DNA from: Octopus vulgaris
Lineage: Eukaryota
Reading direction: 5' to 3'
Length of the DNA stretch: 64,000 nucleotides
Assembly: GCA_951406725.2 (NCBI GenBank)
Contig: OX597833.1
Coordinates: 12,958,001 to 13,022,000 of the forward strand
Position 1 is the stretch's first letter. Every line of letters begins with the position of its first letter. Position numbers and translations under genes: made by a program. Positions 24,746-38,751 of the stretch are shown here, piece after piece. A model generated the notes under the pieces. That model had not been told where the DNA came from and did not search any database. It was given only the letters and a program-made list of their open reading frames with translations.

Positions 24746-25282
24746 GAGTGAACTTCTTTACCACTCAGCCAAGCCTACGCAATCTAAATCCATCAAGTTA
24801 TAGAAATATTATATCATCTTTCGAAGGTTTACAACTCAGATTCCCATTTAAAATATTTCGTAAGATTCAAGAAAATGTAAAATGCTTGTCTCCCTTTCTT
24901 CCTCTCCGACATCCCCTCTCCGTTTCCTTTTTCTCTCCTTCCTCCTTTCTCTCACTTTCTTTCTCTTTCTTTCTCTCCATTATTTTGTTCTGGTTACTGA
25001 ACACGTGAGTAGCTGGAAGAAGGGAAACTTTGATCTATGATATTATGAGACATACGAGAGTTTTTATGCGAACGTTTATGTGTGTTGTACTGCGGAGGAG
25101 GTAGATTCGGTGGAACAATGAAATTGAATAGAAGAGAATAAAGAGAAAGATGAAAAACTTCGATATCTATTAGAATGAATGAAGAATTATGTTAGGCAAA
25201 AATCAAGAAAAGTGATAAATATATATATATAGAATTGCAAGCATCATATACATGCTAGCATTTATATATATGTATATATATA

Positions 25283-25361
<79 letters not shown>

Positions 25362-25408
25362 CATATATACATACATACACAATACATATATATATATGCA
25401 TGTATATA

Positions 25409-25455
<47 letters not shown>

Positions 25456-25483
25456 ATATATATTTACACACACACACACACAC

Positions 25484-25535
<52 letters not shown>

Positions 25536-25573
25536 CATATATATATGTATGTATATATATTTACATATACATA

Positions 25574-25626
<53 letters not shown>

Positions 25627-25687
25627 CGCCGAATGAGATAACAAATCCAAGACTGGGAAGAGTTTCCAGTAGATTTATAATGAAATA

Positions 25688-25735
25688 GTCTTACAGCTGT
25701 TTCTGGGATATTATGGATATCCCTTCATCAGAGAC
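25688..25735 (-). ncRNA. minimal type I hammerhead ribozyme (Penelope-type)
   Basis: GUCU-CUGAUGA-A-GGGAUAU(loop)AUAUCCC-A-GAAA-CAGCUG-UA-AGAC; GUA cleavage triplet; palindromic stem III. Confidence 0.8.
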
Positions 25736-26734
25736 GTTGTCAGAAGATATTTGAGTTTGAATTTATTGTGGAAAAGATAAGGAATATAGAGGGAAATAAG
25801 AGAATGAAAGTAGAAATAAGATATATGAAGATATTGTTGTTTCAGTTCCATTATTCGAGGAAAATGGTGTATAGATGTGGTGAGAAATTTTCCTGTACAT
25901 GATGTGTAAGTTCCAATAGCGGTTCATGTTTCATCATTTCAAAGCATGGAGCCGTGGAATCAGTGTTGCTCATTCAAAGGGGTTTGTGGTGTGAATGAAA
26001 ATTTGAGAATGCATTGGTAGCATTTGCGTCCCCAAAGTCCATCCCCTCCTCACCGTGGTGGGGACGCTGGCAACGGGTAGTGTCAGAGCTATGCCGTCGA
26101 GAACTTCGGTTCCCGGTAGGGCCACGGGGCTCTGGTGAAAATCCTCGGAGTGTCTGTTTCGGCAACCGGCGGCTCCTCGGTCGTTCTGCGGACAATCTGC
26201 GGCAAACAGGATGTCTCTACATGCGGGATTGTTGGGGACCGCTTGTGAAATTCATATTCCCACGAAACTTTTTCCACTGCCATGGTTCGAGATGCCTCGA
26301 GGGTGGTAGAAGAAGCCGACTCAACCCGCCCAGGGTGAATGTCGCCGCAAGTACAAGTACAAGTAGTATTTATGGATAGATGGAGGGAGGGGAGATGTGT
26401 ATGACTAGAAAGAGGGGAAAGGTCAAATCTAAAACAGGAAGAGAAAATGAGAGGAAGAAAGAGGGAAAAAAAAAAAAAGAAAAAGGGAGAGAGACAAAAT
26501 CAAAGAGTGAAAAAAAACCGTTTTTTTCACTATTTGCTTTTGTCTCTCTCCTTTTTTTCTTTTTTGTGCCGATCTCGCGGTACAATACATGCAATATAAA
26601 CGATCACAAACCAAAGTTTATACAGAGCAAAAGATTGAAAGCAAAGGGAGATAAGGTAGTCAATTCCCGAGCCTAATTTCAATCAATCAGAATTCGGTCT
26701 TTCGGTCGTTCAATATGCATTTATCACAAGAAGT

Positions 26735-27082
26735 TCCTTCTCGAGCCATGCCAGGCTCATAAAGGCCGGTTTCCCGATTTCGGTGGCGTAGAAATTCCAC
26801 ACTTGGACAGGACGCCGGTCCATCGCAGCGTTACTCATTTTTGCCAGCTGAGTGGACTGGAGCAACGTCAAAATGAAGTGCGCTTTTGCTCAGAACACAA
26901 CGCATCGCCCGGTCGGAGCAGGTGTTTTCGCTCAATAAACACTCACAACGCCCGTGAAAAACCGCGGAATCGAAACCACAACTATTTGCTCAGGAACACA
27001 ACGCATCGCCCGGTCCAGGAATCGAAACCACAACCTTACAATCATGAGTTCAACACCCTAACCACTAAGCCACGCGCCTCCA
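26735..27082 (-). mobile_element. SINE family G (tRNA head, CORE-like, V-like, tail) with an internal family C fragment
   Basis: Head GGAGGCGCGTGGCTTAGTGG..GGTTTCGATTCC; TTGTGTTCCTGAGCAA; CTGCGATGGACCGGCGTCC; tail GGCATGGCTCGAGAAGGAAC. Confidence 0.8.
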
Positions 27083-27170
27083 CTATCACTAGAAGGAGCT
27101 GCAGAGAAATTACAACTGTGACGCTCTGAGCCTTCACGGTGCGCTTCCTCTGCGATCACCATCATGATGA

Positions 27171-27553
27171 TGGAAGCACTCCGTCGGTTACGACGACGAG
27201 GGTTCCGGTTGATCCGAATCAACGGAACAGCCTGTTCGTGAAATTAACGTGTAAGTGGCTGAGTACTCCACAGACACGTGTACCCTTAACGTAGTTCTCG
27301 GGGATATTCAGCGTGACACAGAGAGTGACAAGGCCGGCCCTTTGAAATACAGGTACAACAGAAACAGGAAGTAAGAGTGAGAGAAAGTTGTGGCGAAAGA
27401 GTACAGCAGGGATCACCACCATCCCCTGCCGAAGCCTCGTGGAGCTTTTAGGTGTTTTCGCTCAATAAACACTCACAACGCCCGGTCTGGGAATCGAAAC
27501 CGCGATCCTACGACCGCGAGTCTGCTGCCCTAACCACTGGGCCATTGCGCCTC
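27171..27553 (-). mobile_element. SINE family C, full length
   Basis: Full homology; flanking direct repeat GATCACCATCAT. Confidence 0.92.
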
Positions 27554-28047
27554 TGATCACCATCATAATCTACAAACAAACAAGGAAACCTTTATGTCGC
27601 CGTTCGAACAGCAGCAAGTGGCAGCTAACGTTTCCTCAACTACTTCAATTTTAAAAAGCAGATAAGTAAAATAATCTTGTATTTCATATTTCAGCGAAGA
27701 AAACAAAATGGACTCTGTTTTAATCTTTGTAGAAAGATATTTTTTCAACACCGTCAAAGAATAACCGGAGTTACAACTCTGCCTTAAAAGGGCTCTAAAA
27801 CATCAATAAAGAAATAAATAATTAAATAAATAATTCCCATTTACAAAAGATCTCCATGTAGATGAAAATTCTTTCTTATTTTGGCACAAGGATAGCAATT
27901 TTGATCGGCAGATGTTATACAAGGAAATATAATTGCTTAAATTTTGTTGTAATTTAAACACGGACATAAGATCAAAGGCTTTCTTCTAGTCGTAATTCGC
28001 ATTGTTATTTCAGTCATAGTGTATATAGTACTATAATATTTAAGATA

Positions 28048-28410
28048 TGGAAGCACTCCGTCGGTTACGACGACGAGGGTTCCGGTTGATCCGATCAACG
28101 GAACAGCCTGCTCGTGAAATTAACGTGTAAGTGGCTGAGCACTCCACAGACACATGTACCCTTAACGTAGTTCTCGGGCATATTCAGCGTGACACAGAGA
28201 GTGACAAGGCCGACCCTTTGAAATGCAGGTACAACAGAAACAGGAAGTAAGAGAAAGTTGTGGTGAAAGAGTACAGCAGGGATCACCACCATCCCCTGCC
28301 GGAGCCTCGTGGAGCTTTAGGTGTTTTCGCTCAATAAACACTCACAACGCCCGGTCTGGGAATCGAAACCGCGAGTTCGCTGCCCTAACCACTGGGCCAT
28401 TGCGTCTCCA
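28048..28410 (-). mobile_element. SINE family C
   Basis: Full homology; flanking direct repeat ATTTAAGATAT. Confidence 0.92.
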
Positions 28411-28499
28411 CATTTAAGATATAATTCTTATAGCAAAACGGCAGGGTATAATTTGAAGGCTGCTGTTTCGTGCAGACTAAGAAAGCATATTGACGCTGC

Positions 28500-28900
28500 T
28501 CTGCTGACTCACATAAAGACATCTTACTTAGTACAGTTCGTTGAATGTTGGCAAATAATCTGAATATTAGCAATCCTGTTTGTTATGAAATTTTACGTGA
28601 AAACTTTAGCGATTGATAATTGAATTCGTGACTTGTACTGAAGGAAGTTAAGAGGCTGATTCACAGATTTGCGCTGATCTTTTAGAAACTGCACGAAATA
28701 ATCGTACGATTTGTCTTTCTATTACTGGTGAAGATGAGAAATGGTTCCTGAAGTATGATTCGAAAATGTAAAAATGGAAGCTCAGTATACAGAGAGGAAA
28801 GCGGACGTTCAGACATTCATGTGAGTTGGAAAAGAAGAAAAACAGAAAAGAAAAAGACAAATACTGCAACAGTAAAAATCGTGCAGTCATTGAAAACCGG
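28500..28900 (+). pseudogene. mariner-type transposase remnant
   Basis: MLANNLNIS..EILRENF (HTH-like) followed by QICADLLETARNN..ITGEDEKWFLKYD (decayed TGDEKW motif). Confidence 0.65.
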
Positions 28901-29048
28901 AACAAAAGACGAATGATTGCTTCTATCATTATATCGCTTGTAGAGATAAAATTTGGTTCAGTCAGTCAAACTGTGAATAGAGGCTTATAATTCTTTACAA
29001 ACATCCAAACGTACAACATACATTCGTATATATTTACAAACACATAAA

Positions 29049-29647
29049 GGCGGCGAGATGGTAGAGTCGTTAGCGCGCCGGGCGAAATGCTTAGCGGTAT
29101 TTCGTCTGCCGCTACGTTCTGAGTTCAAATTCCGCCGAGGTCGACTTTGCCTTTCATCCTTTAGGGGTCGATAAATTAAGTACCAGTTACGCGCTGGGGT
29201 CGATGTAATCGACTTAATACCTATGTCTGTCCTTGTTTGTCCTCTCTGTGTTTATCCCCTTGTGGGTAGTAAAGAAATAGGTATTTCGTCTACCGTTACG
29301 TTCTGAGTTCAAATTCCGCCGAGGTCGACTTTGCCTTTCATCCTTTAGGGGTCGATAAATTAAGTAGCAGTTACGCACTGGGATCGATATAATCTGCTTA
29401 ATCCGTTTGTCTGTCCTTGTTTGTCCGCTCTGCGTTTAGCCCCTTGAGGGTAGTAAAGAAATAGGTATTTCGTCTGCCGCTACGTTCTGAGTTCAAATTC
29501 CGCCGAGGTCGACTTTGCCTTTCATCCTTTCGGTGTCGATAAATTAAATACCAGTTACACACTGGGGTCGATGTAATCGACTTAATCCCTTTATCTGTTC
29601 TTGTTTGTTCCCTCTGTGTTTAGCCCCTTGTGGGTAGTAAAGAAATA
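29049..29647 (+). mobile_element. SINE family A, head plus tandem array (3 units)
   Basis: Units restart at 29280 and 29464 (period 184). Confidence 0.93.
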
Positions 29648-29696
29648 AGGATGACGGGGTTCATCAAGCAGGTCCGGGCCATCATCAATGACATTA

Positions 29697-29952
29697 TATT
29701 TCATTATTGCCCACAAGGGGCTAAACATAGAGGGGACAAACAAGGACAGACAAAGGGATTAAGTCGATTACACCGACCCCAGTGCGTAACTGGTACTTAA
29801 TTTTATCGACTCCGAAAGGATGAAAGGCAAAAGTCGACCTCGGCGGAATTTGAACTCAGAACGTAACGGCAGACGAAATACGGCTGCCGTTACGTTCTGA
29901 GTTCAAATTCCGCCGAGGTCGACTTTGCCTTTCATCCTTTCGGGGTCGATAA
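29697..29952 (-). mobile_element. SINE family A unit with inverted partial copy
   Basis: Minus unit at 29697-29880 followed by a plus-strand copy of its 5' part at 29884-29952. Confidence 0.88.
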
Positions 29953-30702
29953 GAGTCAACGCCGAAAAGTTCCAGATGGCGATGTCTGCAGTAAGAAGAC
30001 ACCACATAGAAATCATATATGACGAGATGATGGCGTTTTATGTCTGCCAAGACCGGAGAGATTATGCGATCATTTAAATCCTAAACCCATGTGTTTTGTT
30101 TTAACCTCCTTAAAAAGGACGCATATGGGGTCGGGAAGACCGGCTCGAAGTCCCACAATATTAAGGATTCTTTAAAGTGGTCGCTGGAATCTTCAGTTGT
30201 GAGTGCTGTGGGCATCAGTGGCAGCGGAGTCATCTGATCCTAGCATGTAGTCGCTTCTCTGACAGGATGGGGGCTATCATTTGGGTTAAAGGTAGTTTTG
30301 TTGAACGCTGTATATCTTCAATGTTTCTTAAGGACAGTGCGCGGTTTTTTCTGTAAATATTCCAATTCTTCTGTCTGGCATCATGTTCTTTCTTGTTTCT
30401 TTTGTTTGTTTTTTTTTGTTCTTGTAAACACGTGCACGCGCGCACAAACACGCACGTGCGTATGCATGCGTGTATGCTTAGTATAGTAAACCATGTCTTG
30501 AGTTGCACTCCATTTTTTTGTCAAGAAGAACTGTTACCCATTCGATGGAGAAAGATAACTAAAAATACTGGCACCGATAAAATCGACTGACAGGTAAACT
30601 CAACGCTACCGTAGTCAACTGAGAGAAACCTGTAAAATAACAAAATAAATGTATATATATAACACTACTTTCAGATACAAAAACACACACACACGCGCAC
30701 AT

Positions 30703-30773
<71 letters not shown>

Positions 30774-31094
30774 CTCTCTCTCTCATTTTCTCACCATTCA
30801 TCACCCTCTTGTACTATCTTATATTCCTCCCCACCACTACACAATCAATAACGCTATAAAATGGTCAACATTTTTCCACAGGAACTTAGTCCAATTTGAA
30901 AAACCCACCAGAATGGACGAAAGCGCTAATATATAATATATGATATGTGTTAAATGATGTATAAAAACATGCAATATACAAATAAATATCTGTAAATATA
31001 AAACCATCCGAATTTCTGAGTACCTCATTTCTTCTAATATAAAATACCTGTACATCATCTCCAAACCTTCTAATATATACATATATATATATAC

Positions 31095-31209
<115 letters not shown>

Positions 31210-31413
31210 TATACTTTGTTCTAAATATATATATGTTTTGTTTTATATATATTTTAATAATAATGGAGGGTAAAATCAATAATGATTTTAGCAGGTAGCC
31301 AGTACTGCAATATAATCCCTTTTAGGTAAATTTTACAAATTATTTCATAATTATATACATAATTATAACAAGGGGTCAGTGGTGAAGCAGTAAGCTGACC
31401 CCTTTTGTTATAT

Positions 31414-31459
<46 letters not shown>

Positions 31460-31604
31460 GTATATGTATATATATATGCATATATATATACGTATATGTA
31501 TATATATATGTATATATATATATGCGTATATATGTATGTATATATATATATATATATACATACATACATACATATACATATACATATATCTATATCTATA
31601 TCTA

Positions 31605-31641
<37 letters not shown>

Positions 31642-31775
31642 GGTGAAAGTAACAGTTTATACGTGTATGTATGTGTGTATGTATGTAGTTTTGTATATAT
31701 ATATGTATATATAGGTAATGTTTATAGATATGTGAAAATAAATCATTTATATCTGTAAATACACACGTACAAATA

Positions 31776-32657
31776 CAAGGTGCGGTGAATAAACTGTCGT
31801 CTAAATTACGCAAACATGAAAATATCACTGACATCTCATTTTAACATATATTTACCCAAAATTACATAAAAATATCTTAAAATACAAAAGGGCAAATTTA
31901 TTCTATAAAATCGCCATTGGCTTCAACCACGGCCTCTAGACGACTTCGGAATCTCCTGCAATTCTTCTGGACGGTCTCCTTGTTTACGTTGGTGAATGGT
32001 GCCACAATCCTTGCCTTCAGTTCATCTTTGGTGTTACAAGGAGTCTTGTTGGTCACTTCCTCAACTGTGCTCTACACATAATAATCAAGGGGGTTGCAGT
32101 CTGGGGAGTTAGGTGGCCAGATGTTAGGGGTGATGTGGTCGCAGAAATTGTCTGACAGCCATGAGTGGGTTCTCCTGCTTGTATAGCAAGTGCAGAGTCC
32201 TGTTGCCAGAGATAGGGTCTTCTAGCAGCCATTCTCTTGACCCAGGTCAGCACTACCTCCTCCAGGCACTTGATGTAGGCCTCCATGTTGAGTCTGAGGC
32301 CGTGTGGGAAGATGAATGGAGGTATAATGTTACCATCATTAGTGATCACTCTAAAAACCATGATGTTGACTGGATGTTTGGTTTTTATCACTCCTTGGTA
32401 CATGTCCTCATATCGCACTGTCCTCAAATTGACACCCAAACACTCTGAAATGTCCGTATTCCGACGTTAATGCAAGCAGTACAGCATGTCGATTCCGACT
32501 TTCTTGCAGGGTGAATTGTGCTATAATGGTGTTTTTCTTACAGATGGTGCCCAACTGGCCCTACTATACTGTGAAGTCGACAAAATCGAAAACAAACAGT
32601 GCGCATGCGCGAAATTGAAAACATTAAAAATTGCGACAATTTACCCATCGTACTCTG
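31776..32657 (-). mobile_element. internally deleted maT (DD37D) Tc1/mariner element
   Basis: TA-flanked imperfect TIRs (CAAGGTGCGGTGAATAAACTGTCG / CAGAGTACGATGGGTAAATTGTCG); transposase remnant inside. Confidence 0.85.
31898..32439 (-). pseudogene. DD37D transposase catalytic domain, frameshifted
   Basis: KTKHPVNIMVF..WQQDSA, frameshift, then ..WPPNSPDCNPLDYYV*..RLEAVVEANGDFIE*; 37 residues between the second and third D after frame repair. Confidence 0.88.
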
Positions 32658-32889
32658 TATTTATTATGTTTTTTTGTTTTTTTTCTAGTTTCAGCTCAGA
32701 GCTGCGGCCATACACATATGTGTGTATGTATACACACAAACACACACGCACACACACATATATGTATACATATATAAATACACACGCGCACACACATATA
32801 TACATATATCTGTGTGTGTAATTATAAAGATACATAGACATCATAAATATACATACACATACAGCGATGTATAAATGTATAACATACAC

Positions 32890-32984
<95 letters not shown>

Positions 32985-33350
32985 AACGTGTGTGTACTTG
33001 TGCATAAATATATGTGCGTTTCTATGCACACATGTGTGTATTGACGATCGACAGTGTGTGTTTGCTAGGTATAAATTCGGGCATCAAAGTCTGCATATAG
33101 AGTTTCTGGAATTGTAAATCGATCATTCTTTATGTTGAATATATCAGAACTGAAAAACAAAAAACAAAAAAAAAAAAGAACAGAAAAAGCAATATAATAG
33201 ATATTGCGACATGAGGAAAAATCAATAATTAAACAAAAAGCATCTTAAACGGATATGCCAACACACACAAACACATATTAATGCATCCATATATGTATGT
33301 ATGTGTGTATGTATATACATACCCAGACACACACACACACACACACACAC

Positions 33351-33399
<49 letters not shown>

Positions 33400-33474
33400 G
33401 AGCACACATCATATATATATATGTATATATATATGTGTTTATATATATATATGATGTGTGCTTATATATATGTA

Positions 33475-33536
<62 letters not shown>

Positions 33537-33651
33537 CAGATATATATATATATGAATGTATATATATATAAATTGTATATAAACGTACATTATATATATA
33601 TGTGTGTGTGTGTATAAATTATCTATAAACGTACATCATATGTATATACAT

Positions 33652-33739
<88 letters not shown>

Positions 33740-33931
33740 ATAAATATGAACGTGGGTGTGTACAGTTATATATACCATACCAAGCTTTATTTTCTTATCC
33801 ACCTACACATTTTAATATATTAAGTAAATGAGTTATTTAACAGCAGAGTGAGCGACAGAGAAAGAGAGGGCGAGAGGGAGACGGAGTGTGATAGAGAGAG
33901 AGATGTTGGTTTGGATTGGAAGAAAGAAAAG

Positions 33932-33962
<31 letters not shown>

Positions 33963-34333
33963 TGGGGAGAGTGCGAGAAAAAGAGGGAGACATTGTGAAA
34001 GAGAATGAGTCAGAGAGGATCTGTGAACATATGTGTGTGTGTGTGTATGTGCACGCACGTGCACAAGCAAACATGCGAGGAACTCGATGGAAGAGAGTCA
34101 AGACTGGACGAGTCAGAGTCAAGACTGGACGAGTCTGAGTCAAGTGAAAACTTCTCAACGACCACAACGGCCCACAATCATTTACTGTGGTTTCCACTTA
34201 GGTTCACCTACATACATTGATATAAACCGTCAGATCGTTGTTCTCGAACCCCCAGATCACTCTGATCTATTGATCTTTGATCAATGTCATCTACCCGTAG
34301 CCATCACGGCTTTTAATACTTGGTGGTGATCTT

Positions 34334-34716
34334 AGGAGGCGCAATGGCCCAGCGGTTAGAGCAGCGGACTCGCGGTCATAGGATCGCGGTTTCGATTCCC
34401 AGACCGGGCGTTGTGAGTGTTTATTGAGCGAAAACACCTAAAAGCTCCACGAGGCTCCGGCAGGGGATGGTGGTGATCCCTGCTGTACTCTTTCACCACA
34501 ACTTTCTCTCACTCTTACTTCCTGTTTCTGTTGTACCTGTATTTCAAAGGGCCGGCCTTATCACTCTCTGTGTCACGCTGAATATGCCCGAGAACTACGT
34601 TAAGGGTGCACGTGTCTGTGGAGTGCTCAGCCACTTACACGTTAATTTCACGAGCAGGCTGTTCCGTTGATAGGATGAACCGGAACCCTCATCGTCGTAA
34701 CCGACGGAGTGCTTCC
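34334..34716 (+). mobile_element. SINE family C, full length
   Basis: A and B boxes, body and tail present. Confidence 0.92.
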
Positions 34717-36174
34717 AAAAAGAAGAGTAAAAAAAAAGAGGTGATCTTTCGCAGCTGTTTCTTGCAGATCGATTCCTCACGTAAAAAAGTGGGTCCAAAC
34801 ATCTTTTTTTTTTTTATTATTGATTATCAGAAATGCGTTTCATTTAAAAGAATTTTCCCGCGGTTCGCAGGTTCTTGGAGGGTTTTCTACTAAATGAATT
34901 GATTTTATTGTTGGGTGAAATTTTAGGCTGATTTGATCGCTGTTTTTAGTAGATAGAGTGATTCCATAGAAAGATGCGAATGAATTTTTTCCACAGACCC
35001 AGGATTCCAAAAGATCTGTTTCCGTTTCTCAAATATGCCTATTTAATTAACTAACAACCAATTTGTTTCACCCGTTTCATCTCTCAGTTGTAAGATACAT
35101 ACATAGATACATACATACATACACACATACATACATGCATACATACATACACACATACATACATACATACATACATACATACATACATACATACATACAT
35201 ACATACATACATGCATGCATACACACATACATACATACATACATACATACATACATACATACATACATACATACATGCATGCAAGCATGCATACATACAT
35301 ACATACATACATACATACATACATACATACATACATACATACATACACATACATATACACGTGTTGACAAATGCACTGTAATCGCCCCTTAAGCTCCTTG
35401 TCAGCTCTCATTCAACCGCTTCAAACATCCTTCACTTTCCAGATCAGCAACCACTGCTGCTCCGAAGTGTTGTTGGGTTTTCTGAAAAATGATTAGATAC
35501 TTGACAGTTCAGTTTATGCTACAAAGGTTTCGCTAGCACAGACATTTATTTACACTCAATGAATTACTTCATTGCTTTATATGCTAAATTGCCCACCAAC
35601 TCGTCAGGTATTTGTGAATCATCGGAAGACAAAACCAACATCTGCGTGTATATACATATACGTATGTATGTGTGTGTGTATGTATGTGTGTGTGTATGTA
35701 TGTGTGTGTGTGTGTGTAAATACATACTTGAATGTGTGCAAGAAAAATTAACACCCCTACCCAGTGGCGCCGGTTTCACCTTACCAAAGTTTTAACGAGG
35801 TTGATGATAAGAAAGGTATCCAGCTCTAATGATTCAAAGATAATTGAGGCAGCCATATCAAATAAATGCATATATTAGTGAACGTTTTATTGTAATTGTC
35901 AGAAGTCTAACATTAAGTTTAATAGCCTAGAAAATTATATTATCAAAAGAAATTATTTTAACTATAGTTAACAAGAAAAGATAATTTTTCTTCCAGTAAT
36001 TTGTCTGCAGTAAACATTAAAAAATACATCAAATTATAAAACTATTTATTAGATGCACGCAAACCATGTACATATTTGATATATATATGTGTGTGTGTGT
36101 GTATGTGCGTGTGTGTATGTGTTTGCGCACGCGCGTGTCTGTGTGTGTGTGTAAGGTAAGGATATAAGTATATA

Positions 36175-36260
<86 letters not shown>

Positions 36261-36607
36261 TGTAAGCATACATAGATACAAATGCATACACACACACATT
36301 CACACATGAACCCGCACATGGCATGGTGTACATTTATGGGTGTGTATGCTGAAATATAGACTTTTATTCATTTTCAGGAAACCAACATTTATTAAGAATA
36401 AACATAATTATATATAATTATATATAGATAAATGGAAAATATATAAATATAAAAATATATGCAATTACATAGTCATATATATGAATATATATGCATGTAT
36501 ATATATATATGTATATACATATATACATATAAATATATATACATATATATGAATATATGTATATATATATATGTATATATATATGTATATATATATATAT
36601 AAATATT

Positions 36608-36667
<60 letters not shown>

Positions 36668-36670
<3 letters not shown>

Positions 36671-36908
36671 GTTGGCCCCAAAATGAGTATACAATTTAAA
36701 ATATAACAAATAATGAATATATTTAAAGTAAAAATAATTGTCTCAGTGTAGAATAGTAATAAACCAAATCGAGCAAGTGAAATAGTATTCTGGAATGGTT
36801 TGGGGGAATGTTCCACACTAGACGGAAGACAGTTCGAGCATTTATGAGATTCAATATCCTAGAATGGAAATAATTTATAGTGTACATAACTATTTTGGGG
36901 CCACGCTG
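36668..36908. mobile_element. Tc1/mariner-type MITE
   Basis: TIRs CAGGTTGGCCCCAAAATGAGT / ACTATTTTGGGGCCACGCTG, followed by TA, embedded in (TA)n. Confidence 0.75.
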
Positions 36909-36999
36909 TATATATATATAATAGTAATAATAATAATGATGATGATGATAATAATAATAATAATAGTAATAATAATAATAATATTAATAATAATAATAT

Positions 37000-37120
<121 letters not shown>

Positions 37121-37266
37121 GCAATAAGGAAGAGTGTGACTATTATCAAATGAACGATATTTCGACATCTCGTGTGTCTTCCACAGGTTCCAAAATAAAC
37201 TTGTCAATCTACTTAATTTTGGTAATATTTATAGGATTGAGGTAACTCCTCCAGAAATTATATACA

Positions 37267-37573
37267 CAGGGGTTGGACAAAATAATGGAAACACCTAGCA
37301 TCATAGAATCATAATTGTGAAATATCTATAAAACCGTCAAAAACTTCTTTATTTTTATATTTTTTCTAATTTATTATTAGTGTTGCTTAATATGTTTTGC
37401 TAAAATTGCTGTTTCTTTTCAGATATCATCAGAAAAAGGTAATTAAGATAGATGTATCGGACATTCAAACAGGAGAATTCGAGCTGTAATTACTGCCAAA
37501 GGTGGTCTTACCCCATATTAAAATAAATTTGTTTGAAATTTTAAGGTGTTTCCATTATTTTGTCCAAGCCCTG
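37267..37573 (+). mobile_element. internally deleted Tc1 element
   Basis: TIRs of about 30 bp (CAGGGGTTGGACAAAATAATGGAAACACCT); retains transposase C-terminus RRIRAVITAKGGLTPY* at about 37471-37521. Confidence 0.88.
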
Positions 37574-37577
37574 TATG

Positions 37578-38242
37578 TCTTTATATATAAAACTAAAGTT
37601 GTGTGTGTGTGTATCTGTCTACTCCGATTTAGATTCCTAACTACTCCCACATTTTGCGGTGCAGTTTAACCAAAAGCGGGTATCTTATAGTCGTCATTCA
37701 TATCGAGCCCTGCTGGGTATTAGCGCGCGCCTACGATGAGTCTACGATTTTTAAAAAATTTACCATCATTTTTCCGCATTTTTAATGATTTTTGCTCGGG
37801 TTATATAAGGGAAGTAACTCTCTAAAAATGCTTATATAGTTATTTCTCTTACAAACCCGAGCAACGCCGGGCGATACTGATACTGCTTTTATATATTTGT
37901 ATTGACAAAGTGATATGTTCTTTTATTCTTTTGTTGCTTTCTGTCTTTAGAGTGCGGCCATTCTGGAGCACCGCTTTCAGTGACTTTTAGGTGATTGTAA
38001 TGAACTCCTTTACTCATTTCTTTATATACCAAAAGCGGGTATCTTATAGTCGTCATTCATATCGAGCCCTGCTGGGTATTAGCGCGCGCCTACGATGAGT
38101 CTACGATTTTTAAAAAAATTACCATCATTTTTCCGCATTTTTAATGATTTTTGCTCGGGTTATATAAGGGAAGTAACTCTCTAAAAATGCTTATATAGTT
38201 ATTTCCCTTACAAACCCGAGCAACGCCGGGCGATACTGCTAG
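37578..38242 (+). mobile_element. non-autonomous Helitron with 359-bp tandem duplication of its 3' part
   Basis: 5' TCTTTATATATAAAAC; hairpin CCCGAGCAACGCCGGG twice; CTAG only at 38239-38242; homologous to 51040-51345. Confidence 0.88.
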
Positions 38243-38519
38243 TTCTTTTTATATATTTGTATTGACAAAGCGATATGTTCTTGATTCTTTCGTTGCTTTC
38301 TGCCATTAGAGTGTGGCCATTCTGGAGCACCGCTTTCAGTGACTTTTAATTGATTGTAATGAACTCATTTGCTCATTTCTTTACTTCATTTTGGTGCTGA
38401 TGTTATATGATCTCCACATAACATGCAGATTGGTCAAGGGTTTTTATTAACACTGGCTCATACACTAGGTAAGCGTAAAGACAAAAACGAACACAAAGAC
38501 GTAGATACATAAACACACA

Positions 38520-38533
38520 CATACATACACCAA

Positions 38534-38574
<41 letters not shown>

Positions 38575-38720
38575 AAACACACACACAAGACTCACATATA
38601 CGCGCGTACAGACAATAATGCATATATACATTTGAAGCATAGATATAGAAGCGCGTATACATGCAAGCAATACGTACACACATACGCACACATACAAGCA
38701 CACACTCACGCACACTCACA

Positions 38721-38751
<31 letters not shown>

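Noticed and set aside
29955-30400. Possible retroelement coding remnant
   Set aside because: No recognisable motif in the frames I examined.
35385-35500. Minus-strand exon candidate after TTTTTCAG
   Set aside because: All frames close within about 27 codons, with no clear donor or homology.
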